Shown: piece by piece, positions 55,529 to 64,000 of the stretch
Layout of the letters: each line of letters starts with the position of its first letter
Numbering within the stretch: position 1 is the first letter of the stretch
Assembly (NCBI GenBank): GCA_020184695.1
Contig: JAANOX010000192.1
Coordinates: forward strand, 49,878-113,877
DNA: 64,000 nucleotides
Direction: 5' to 3'
Source of the DNA: Histomonas meleagridis 2922-C6/04-290x
Taxonomy: Eukaryota; Protista; Parabasalia
Translations under genes and position numbers: made by a program
The notes under the pieces: generated by a model
Databases searched by the model: none
Told to the model about the DNA's origin: nothing
What the model saw: only the letters and a program-made list of their open reading frames with translations

Positions 55529-57619
55529 TCAAATGAGAACGTTTGTCTGTCCGATGAAAGGTCCCACATCACTACCGCAAGCCTTTGAGCAGTCCACCAA
55601 GAACTCAGCGAACAAAGCCTCTTTTTCACTTCCTGGCGGGATAATTTCCACTGGTAAATATTTACCACTTAAATTATAACATTCTGCTATTTTCTCGTTA
55701 ATAATCTTATTTTCATTTGTTTCCAACTTTGGTATATTATTTAAATCCAATTGGTCCACAGCCCCCACCCCGAAAGCGGCCGTTAAGTACTGTGGGGTAG
55801 CCCCGGGGCTTATCCAGATGTAAACCTTTGAAACCGTGTGAACCAAAAAACAATTTCCTTCAGCAAATGACTGTTGATTTAAAGGCAATTGTTTTAAGTT
55901 ATTAATATTATCTAATACGTACATTTCAGGGTACAAATATAACATTGTATCGATTAAAGACATTGATTGTAACTTTATAATGTCTTGAATTTTTTGGTCA
56001 TTTTCATTCACGTTTACGTTCCTTAAACTTTTGCTACATAACAAAGAATGAACTAAGTATGGAAGTGTTGGGAACTTAACTCCGCCGGAGCAAATCGAGT
56101 TAAATTCTTTCCGAATGAATTGCGCCGCTTCATCTTGTTTCGTCTTTAATGCAATTGTTGAAGAACGCTTTGCTAATAACACTGCTAACGCTGCTTCGTC
56201 AATAGAGTTGCGGACTTCTTGCGGCTTATCACTCGTAGGAACTTCGAACGTGAATATGCGTATCATTCGCTGTTTGTTCTCATTCGTCCATAAGAACGCT
56301 GCTTGGAATAATGCTGTCGGACTTTTGAAGTTTTGGTCTAACATGAGATTAAATAACATCGAATTGTTGGTGGATGAAATGGGGAAATATACTGTCTTGC
56401 TACTGATGGAGCAGTTGCATGAAATGGATGTGATGTTAATCCCAGTTTTACAGCGTAAGCGCATTGACGCATCCCATAAATAGTTCTTGGAAATTGTATC
56501 AAATAAATCAGCATGTAACGTTTGTGGATCAAATGTTCGATAATAATGGATGTCGCCATTAGTAAGTCGTGGTAATAACCCTAATATACTTAAATGACTC
56601 TCTTTTTGGGTAAGTGATGGTAAGAAAAATAAATGTGTCGAAATTCGATTACGATTAAGCTTAAATCCGATATCACGAATTAACGTCTCCTTTTGAGCAT
56701 CATTGATGTTAACCGTCGGGAAACCGCAAAAACCGCTGATGATGATGCCTCCATATGAAAGAAGAGCTAATGATGCAACATTAAGTGCAGATGCTAAACA
56801 ATGGCCTGGCTGTGGTGGATTAGTCTTGACGTCTTGAAGGATTTCATTTATAATTGTAATGAAACTATCTTTACATTCAGATATTGGCGCAAATGAACCA
56901 GTAGGAACAACAGGATCACTAAGATCTGCAACAATAACTGTGGAACTTCGTTTAAAGTCATAGAGTGTAACTTTATGTGAAACGGTCATTAATCCGATTA
57001 AGACATATGGTGGAATTGTATCAACAAGTGCTTTCAGAGATTCAAGAAATTGGATGGAAAAGCCAGTGGAAACAGCTTCGGCTGAAATATCAACTAAAAA
57101 GAAATAAACAGGTTGTGCATTTGGCGCAATTCGAGAAATAAAACCGCGTGGAGCAATCATATCATAAACACAATTACTAAGTTCGGGTATATTAAACATT
57201 GGTGCTTGATCTTTAGATTTAGATTTTGTTGTAGCACCACAAAATGGGCATGTGAAAGCCAAGCCATCAGGTAATATCCTAGAATATGGGCTTAAGTAAG
57301 AATAACAATTTGCACATCTTTGGATTTGACTTTGTGAATAATCAATACATGGAATTCCAACAACATTTGCTGGATTAACAATTATACCTAACGGTATTTT
57401 TGCTGATAATTCTGTTGCTTTAGACGCAGGGAAAACGCTAACAGTGGGCCTGAAATATGAAGGCAGATTATTTGGTTTTAACACTTTTGGATTTGCCCAA
57501 GGAAAGATTGGCTGAGTCGGCGTTGGCGCGGGCGCATGTTGCATCGTCGGAGTGCTCGCTGCTTGTGCACCCTGGTACAGTTGCGCTTGCTCAGGGATCA
57601 CATACTTATGTGTGCTCAT
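55529..57619 (-). CDS. SEC24: Sec24 (COPII coat)
   Basis: Zn finger RCANCYSYLSPY…FTCPFCG, YFFLVDIS trunk domain, WDASMRLRC, AAFLWT…RMIRIFT, gelsolin-like C-terminus. Confidence 0.9.
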   Translation of the reverse strand: MSTHKYVIPEQAQLYQGAQAASTPTMQHAPAPTPTQPIFPWANPKVLKPNNLPSYFRPTVSVFPASKATELSAKIPLGIIVNPANVVGIPCIDYSQSQIQRCANCYSYLSPYSRILPDGLAFTCPFCGATTKSKSKDQAPMFNIPELSNCVYDMIAPRGFISRIAPNAQPVYFFLVDISAEAVSTGFSIQFLESLKALVDTIPPYVLIGLMTVSHKVTLYDFKRSSTVIVADLSDPVVPTGSFAPISECKDSFITIINEILQDVKTNPPQPGHCLASALNVASLALLSYGGIIISGFCGFPTVNINDAQKETLIRDIGFKLNRNRISTHLFFLPSLTQKESHLSILGLLPRLTNGDIHYYRTFDPQTLHADLFDTISKNYLWDASMRLRCKTGINITSISCNCSISSKTVYFPISSTNNSMLFNLMLDQNFKSPTALFQAAFLWTNENKQRMIRIFTFEVPTSDKPQEVRNSIDEAALAVLLAKRSSTIALKTKQDEAAQFIRKEFNSICSGGVKFPTLPYLVHSLLCSKSLRNVNVNENDQKIQDIIKLQSMSLIDTMLYLYPEMYVLDNINNLKQLPLNQQSFAEGNCFLVHTVSKVYIWISPGATPQYLTAAFGVGAVDQLDLNNIPKLETNENKIINEKIAECYNLSGKYLPVEIIPPGSEKEALFAEFLVDCSKACGSDVGPFIGQTNVLI

Positions 57620-57743
57620 TGTAAACTGACACTTTTTGATTCAAACATCTTCTCAAAAGTGAAAAAACAGCAAATTTTTGAGTGCCGCGTTTGAGGAGAA
57701 AATACAATTGGAAAAGGTGATGTGCCTAATATTACTTCTTTGT

Positions 57744-58040
57744 TCATAGTGAGGGTGCGCTGTCAACGTCTATTTCCTTGTTCTTGCGCCTGATTACGAA
57801 AACAGTAACAACTGCGATGACAATAACTGCAACAACAGCAATCACATTGCCGGCAATGGCGCCTCCGCCCAATGAGTTGCCTTCGCCCTGTTACATCTGT
57901 TTTTACTTCAGTGGCTTCTGTTGTTACTTAAGATGTTATATCTATAGTTACTTCAGTGGCTTCTGTTACAACTTCTGTTGTAACTTCAGTGGCTTCTGTT
58001 GTCACTTCTGGTGGTGTGTAGTTAATGACATATTCGATGG
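57744..58040 (-). pseudogene. Orphan 3' fragment (stalk + TM + tail) of an M60-type surface protein paralogue
   Basis: IEYVINYTPPEVTTEATEV…(*)…GNSLGGGAIAGNVIAVVAVIVIAVVTVFVIRRKNKEIDVDSAPSL* versus VEYVINYTPPPEVTTEV…GSLSGAAIAGIAIAVV…RRKK at 53740-54050. Confidence 0.85.
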
Positions 58041-59230
58041 GGGCTGTGGGATGCGTGTGCGTTTATACGCGCTTTTCATAATAAACTATTCAAATACACT
58101 TTTTTAAATGAACGCCGAATTCCAATTTTTTTTTTATTTTTATTTTTTCTAGACTTCAAACTTAATGATTTTTGATAAATTAATATATAATATAGCTTAT
58201 ATAAAGTAATAAAATAATTTAATATTAAATCTTCAAAAAATTAATTCTAAAATAAGATAAGGTCAATTTAAAAAAATATTTTTATTTTAAGATTCCGACA
58301 GCATTAATCAAATCTACACATTCAAAAACATATATCTATGATGTTTTTTTGAATTTAAATATCTTGTATTCATGGGATGAAATAATATCTTTTAAAAAAT
58401 CGAGTATTCAATTATAACGTTAGAAACAGAGTAAATAAGAACAACTCATTAAAAAAAATTTGAAATACGATATTTGTTTCAAAAGTGATTTTTTGTTCGT
58501 AATAAAAATATATCCATTAAAAATGATAAACTAATGATTTTATTATTAATATATGGATAAATATCAATAATTATTGAGTATATCTAGGATTGTCAACGGG
58601 AGAAAAAAAATGACATTTGGGAGAAAAAAAATTCTTGCTTGGGAGAAACATTAGAATCGGTTTTGAAATACGTTTTGAATAACCGGTTTTATTGAATACC
58701 CTTGTTTCTCTCCAATTCGCTGTATTCAATTTTCTTGACACATAAATTGAATAAAAAACCGTTTTCATCCATATTTCCTGCAAGCATGCTGATTACAAAT
58801 GTCTGGATTTGTACGGGTTAATGGACCTCTGTATTTAACCGCGTTGCCCTCATGTCATTTTTTTAAGAATCATTTCTTTCAAATTATTCATATTTTTGTT
58901 TTTAACCTAAAAAAGGTCAAGAGACAAATTTTAAGCCAATGATGACTTTTAGATACAACATAAGGGAACATAAAGCCACTCAACAAAAAAAATGAAATTT
59001 GCAAAAATAAATTATTCGTTTGATCATTCAATTCTTCAATATTTTTAATGATCAACATTCCCTACAGTATCATGCAATTGTTCTTCAAGTTATAACAATC
59101 TTTGACTTTTTGCATGTGATAATTTGAGATTTCACTAAATCATAATTTGGGATTACACTCTGAGCATTTTCATTCATATAGCTTCCTCATTTCTTTTGTA
59201 GTCGAAAGACAAACAGGAATAATGAATTTT

Positions 59231-60394
59231 TTATTCATCATAAATGGACCATGATTCTGTGATTGTATGCATTTGTAAGTGTTCCCAAGCTGCCAGTAAG
59301 TGCTTAATTGCCATTTCTTTGTTAAAGACCGTATTTGGATTTTCTTGAAATGTTTTTTTATAGAGTCTTCTGGCTGTTGATTTTAAGCAGCCAAACACCA
59401 ATCTATCGAGGGGCTGCAGGCAATCTGTTAGTCCAGCTGGTATGAAAATCAAATCAATGTTTAATCGATTTGCAAGATCTTTGATCTTTTCCGTCTCGTG
59501 AGATTTGTAATGATCAATTATGAGGTGTATCTTATCGTTGTCGCCGAAATGCTTGCGAAGAAATGTTAAATAATCTTGAAATGTGCTATCTGTAGTCCAT
59601 CCGCTCTTTTATCTACCGGACATGTGATATGAAATGTCACCTAAATTTCTTTCTGTTCTCTCAGTTGTGCCCTTTGCAATGATAAACAAAGACAACTTAG
59701 TTCCATCGGCCTTTATTCCAGCCAATACAGTAACAGATTGCTTCGGATTTCCCTCAAAAAAAACTTTCACATTATCTGATCCTTTCTCGGACCATGTTAA
59801 AATTCCACCTGGAAAGCTCTTCCAGCTTGTCTCATCAGCATTCACTATTCTTGAGCGATCAGTGGTCTCATCAAGATTTCGAATTTTCTCAATAAATTTA
59901 TTCTTGTCATCTTCTGGTGTTACAGGTTCCCTTTTTAAATGAGGTTTCCTCGAAGATATGTGGTTTCTCTTTTTGAAATTATGGATAAAGCATTTGCTAA
60001 TCAAAAATTCTTTTTCAAACATTTTTTCATTTTGATTGTTCTTTTCAAGGTATGCTTGATATGCAATATCTGCAAAATCTTCGTCATTTAAGTAGAATCC
60101 TTGGGAGATAAAATTAGTGAAAATATAATCTTTGATTGCAGCTTCTTCGTCATCAGTAAATATTCTATGCCCAATCCCATGGTTATTCAACCACGGCCTC
60201 CAATTGTTGTTAATAGACATTTGTTTCTTTCAATATTTTAAAGTGGATTCTGGAATATTTGATAATTTTAATAATTTATAAATTGATAGCTTTCCATTCA
60301 TGAGTTCATCTATCACGATTTGAATCTTCTTTCTCGAATCTTTTCTCGTGTAATCATTATGGGGTTCTCCCTGAAAGACATTTCTAATTTGCAT
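59231..60394 (-). pseudogene. pogo/Tigger (CENP-B-like, DDE_1) transposase with two in-frame stops
   Basis: A single frame 60394-59231. HTH region (IPESTLKY*KK), ISKCFIHNFKKRN, triad NADET / IIDHYKSH / LQPLD, and SGWTT. Stops are TGA 60232-30 and TAA 59611-09. Confidence 0.9.
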
Positions 60395-60524
60395 TGGCAA
60401 AATGACATGGCCAGGCCGTTTGCAAATAATTTTGTATGGGCGTTGAAAATTTGTATAAGGCGAATTGGAAAGAAATGAGCGTAACTCTGCCAGTGAAGAT
60501 GATTAAAGCCTAAAAACAGCGATT

Positions 60525-62483
60525 CTAGAAACTAGAAAGAAAAAGCTTTGCTTTTTCTAGGGCTTTCTCTGTTTTTGTTCTAAGATCTGATCGAACCTTT
60601 TGAAGCCTCGAAAATGCTCGTTCTGCTGCGGCTTCAGTGGATTGTATCAATAAGATCTGCTGTCCGATCCTTGCGAATGGTTACCAACTTTCAATTGTAT
60701 ACAATACATCAAAATATCCATAAGACGAAGTCTTACTGCTTGGATAAAATGGAAGCTGATTGCCACTCAATGTGAACCAATCAATAAACTTGCATGAAAC
60801 TTTTTCGATATTATCATCTTAATAATTATGCATGTGACAAATCTTCGTCATTCGCTCCAACAAACTTTGTAATGAAACATCTGCTTCAACGTTTGAATTT
60901 TCGAGGTTTTCATCTAGTACAGCAAAATAATCGAATTCTTTTTCTTCTTGGGCCTCTTCTTCCTCTTGTACTTCAATAGGTTCAATTTCACCTCCGGTTA
61001 TCATTCCATCAAATACTAAATTCTCGTCGATTTCAATTTGATTATAATCTTCTTCTAATTGCTCATTAAATTGTTTAGTGCTATTAAGTGACATCTTGTC
61101 GTTTTGTTCAAGTTTAAGTTTTTGATTTAAGTTACTAGTATCCACATTTCTTTGGGCAACTTCGACTTCTTTTGCATATTCTCTTCCTTGTAACGTGAGA
61201 TAAAATGAAAGTTTAATCAATCGATAATCTCTCGTCGTTTGCAATCTTCTGATAATTTTATTATTAATATGATCATAATCAAATGTCGTATTATAATAAT
61301 TATTGATTTCAGAATGAAAATCAGGCAAACTAAGAATAAGTGGATAGATGTTTGACGCAGGGAAATGATCTTTTTCAATTGTTTTTATTAGTTTCATGAA
61401 AAATAATAATAAAAGAGTTGTATTTGAAATTACATCTATGAGCATGAACTTGATGAAGCTTAAATCATCATCACTATTAAACAGATTTGTTTTATTTAAT
61501 ATTTGTTTGATTTTACCAATCTTACGGATTCCCCATTCACAAATCTCAAATGTATTAAACCATCTTGTTGGACAAAATCCGGGACATACTTCTCGCAAAG
61601 TTGAACTGATTAATAATAATCGAAAAATTTTCGAAAATCTCGAAATATAATCTCGAATCATTGACAAATTGTCCAATTGAAATGTGTCTTTGATACCTAA
61701 TGCTATTGTATGTGAAATACATGGGAAAAAAATAATTGGATAATTGTTCTCATGCATTGATGTAAATCGAAATGAATTTTGTGATTTCGGATCAATGGCA
61801 GATTTTTGTACTGATAGGTTGTCCGCAGTGCTCGATCCAATTGCAACGTTGTATAATTCTAATTGATCAATAATATTGATAACAACATCTTTATAGTTCT
61901 GTAAGTTCCCAATAAAATTCCTATTTGCTGAAATTATTAGTGGTTTTAGGTCTAATGCTATAGGGTTTGAAACTATTGCTATTAAATATAAAACGCCATG
62001 ATTCATCCCAGCATCAATCACTAAAGAATTAAGAGGAAACAAAGAATACCCTCGAAGTGTGGCCTTTTTGTTGGTTTTCGCATATTGGCAGAAGTTTTTT
62101 CTCAGTGTGTTTTTTGAGTTGAATGAAAATAATGATTCGATTTCTGCGTTTGGATTACTTTGGCCCAGCTGAATACACATCCTAATGAAATCATACATTT
62201 GAGGACTTGATGCAGCATTGATTGAAAGATCTAGACTTGCGATTAAAAAGTAGAATTGAACATCTATATGTTTGGAAATTTTCGTTATGCCAAAATAATT
62301 TTCAAGAGGGGAATCATAGACATGTTTGTGTTGTGTTGGCTTGGGGTGATCAGTCCTCATTTTGTATGAACATTGAATAACTTTGCCATAAATATTTTTG
62401 GTATATCTACATTGGTAATAAGTATGCTTTCTATCAGAATTGATATGGGTGATCATGAAGCCAGGAGGACAAAAAGATTTCAT
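60525..62483 (-). pseudogene. hAT-family transposase with two in-frame TAA stops
   Basis: LVIDAG, TADN, PCISH (CxxH), PTRW. Reading through TAA 60821-19 and a second TAA near 60680 gives STEAAAERAFS (hAT catalytic E / dimerisation motif). N-terminal C…C…HxH Zn-finger-like region. Confidence 0.88.
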
Positions 62484-62599
62484 ATAAAATTGCTATGATT
62501 CAGATGGATCTTCAACAATAAAAATATGATTTCGGTTTATCTCAATTATTTCCAGGTTTTTGACAGCTCAAATAAACGGTTATCTCCCGGAAGAAAAAA

Positions 62600-62742
62600 T
62601 GGGAGAAAAGTGGGAGAAAAAGTGGGAGATCCTCAGAAATAGTGGGAGAACAAAATCTAATTCAAATGCCACGTATCAATTTTGAATGAAGAGAGCGAAG
62701 AATTCTCCCACTTTTCTTCCACTTTTCCCCACTTTTCTCCCA
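62600..62742. repeat. Inverted clusters of TGGGAGAAAAG-type subterminal repeats
   Basis: TGGGAGAAAAGTGGGAGAAAAAGTGGGAGA…GTGGGAGAA (62600-50) faces TTCTCCCACTTTTCTTCCACTTTTCCCCACTTTTCTCCCA (62703-42). GGGAGAAA also occurs at 58598, 58619, 58641, 62952 and 62971. Confidence 0.9.
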
Positions 62743-63379
62743 TAATTGAAATCCAACTCCGATACGGTGAGCTATCGTACTCGCAGAACGATCAATTTCC
62801 TATGAATACGAGGCGACCGTTAGAATCGAAAGGAAAAATTTGGAAAGAAAAAAGACACTTTTCACTAGAGTACGTTAATACTAAACGATTAATGATCATA
62901 CAAAAATTCCTTTTCGTTTCTACCATTTCTTACATCTATTTGAAGTGGAGCGGGAGAAAAAACTACAAATGGGAGAAATTTGACAACCCTAGTATATCAA
63001 AGTTTTATTAATTTTATCAAATTAACTTTTGTTACCTCAATTTGAGTAGACACCATCTAGATAAACTACTTATAATTGAGAAGCATCATTATAAATATGA
63101 AATTAACTCCTGAAGAGTAATTTGAATATATTTTAACACGAATTGAGTGAAGTATTCAATTCCGTACCATAACCTATGTAATTAATTAACAATTCATTTG
63201 ACAATTTTATCATTAAATTTTATTTGAAGATACCTAAAATTGAAACCAATCAATTATATCTGTTCATAGAACAAAAAAAATTTATAGGGAGACCGATCGA
63301 AATGATTTAAATTTATCAAGTGAAGTATTCAATTGTGAACGATAGACGACATTTTATAAGACAAAAAATATTTTCGACA

Positions 63380-63913
63380 GGTAATATATTTTAGGAGGTA
63401 CCATTAACGTCATTCACAAGACGGGGTGGCCTGTCGAAAAATTATTTTATTTCTCGAACGTCCTCGAATAACGGTCTCTCTCCGGAGAAAAGGATAACTC
63501 AAACCTTCACTTTTGATACACTTTATACTGATCACCTGTCTACGCCCTTTATTAAAAAAAGTGCTCCGCTGAGTCGGGCTATGGCAGGTTTGTGATAAAT
63601 GCACTCATTCGCCATTAAAGCTCTCTTTGGGGGAGGGGGTATTTTGGTTAAAAGAAAAAGAAAAAAAGAAAAAAGTTCTCAATCACCCATTGAGTGAACA
63701 AACTTTGTTATTATCAATAATGTGCTGAGTCGAAAAGAAAAAATAATATAACCAGAAACATCGAAAAACAATTATCTATAAAATCAATTGAATGGTTTAC
63801 TCAGACGTTAATATTTCATGAGCGATAACAGAACGTTAAGAATAAATAATATAATTCAACAAGTCATCCCATCTTGCGGAGATCGTTAATGGTACCTCTC
63901 AAGTAATATTACC
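63380..63913. repeat. 30-bp imperfect inverted repeat pair (possible MITE or end of another element)
   Basis: GGTAATAT-N7-GAGGTACCATTAACG (63380-409) versus its reverse complement at 63884-913. A second IR is TTTTCGACAGG (63371-81) / CCTGTCGAAAA (63430-40). Confidence 0.55.
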
Positions 63914-64000
63914 TTCACTTCTCCTCGAAACGGGAACCTATCACCCCAGTCTTTTAATAGATCCACCAATATTGATTTACTAGGATTCATTTCGGTACTC

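Larger units (their letters stand above)
58585..62991. mobile_element. 4.4-kb cut-and-paste DNA transposon with hAT-like ends
   Basis: TIRs TAGGATTGTCAA (58585-96) and TTGACAACCCTA (62980-91), 11/12 match. Flanking direct repeat GTATATC (58578-84 / 62992-98). Subterminal GGGAGA(A) repeats at both ends. Confidence 0.9.

Noticed and set aside
58851-60409. 11-bp inverted repeat as the pogo element's own TIRs
   Set aside because: There is no TA or other TSD, it lies only ~5 nt from the start codon, and a related AAATGACAT motif also occurs in the outer element's left end.
30414-62483. Stop-codon reassignment explaining in-frame TAA/TAG/TGA in the ankyrin, enolase and transposase genes
   Set aside because: Intact genes end with TAA, TAG (UBL gene) and TGA (M60), and conserved genes have no internal stops. 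The stops occur only in genes that are otherwise decayed or mobile.
8051-63604. Numerous short antisense or overlapping ORFs in the track (e.g. 31577-31768, 37273-37842, 39657-40022, 53756-54001, 56115-56483, 17722-18017)
   Set aside because: They are shadows of real genes or pseudogenes on the opposite strand, or translations of the microsatellite.
1-64000. rRNA, tRNA and canonical trichomonad spliceosomal introns
   Set aside because: No recognisable signatures (e.g. ACTAACACACAG 3' motif, tRNA T-loop cloverleaf) were seen by eye. A tRNAscan/Infernal run would be needed to exclude them formally.

Overview
AT-rich, gene-dense eukaryotic DNA. The gene content points to a parabasalid protist (Trichomonas/Tritrichomonas/Histomonas lineage; inference): IBP39 and IBD transcription factors, DUF3447-type ankyrin genes, a BspA fragment, an M60-like surface peptidase, and TCAY initiator elements just upstream of ATGs. 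Housekeeping genes include beta-adaptin, Yip1, a USP7-like DUB, Raptor-like, DENN, cytosolic Hsp70, a NEK kinase, a Cyc8-like TPR protein, NTF2, calmodulin and Sec24. There are also a serpin, a 10xUBL fusion protein, several pseudogenes (enolase, three ankyrin paralogues, an orphan M60 tail) and a 4.4-kb TIR/TSD-bounded element carrying both a hAT and a pogo-type transposase. The most striking signal is in three ankyrin genes. Each of the repeats in their C-terminal tandem arrays is interrupted at the same position (after ...INAKD) by a conserved ~80-nt AT-rich segment, 12 copies in all. The 90-nt coding modules between these segments stay free of stops and indels, and no GT-AG splice restores the frame. 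This suggests a non-canonical intron-like or recoding system. Five small indels in otherwise intact genes between 28.6 and 40.3 kb may be assembly errors. No rRNA, tRNA or CRISPR array was recognised.
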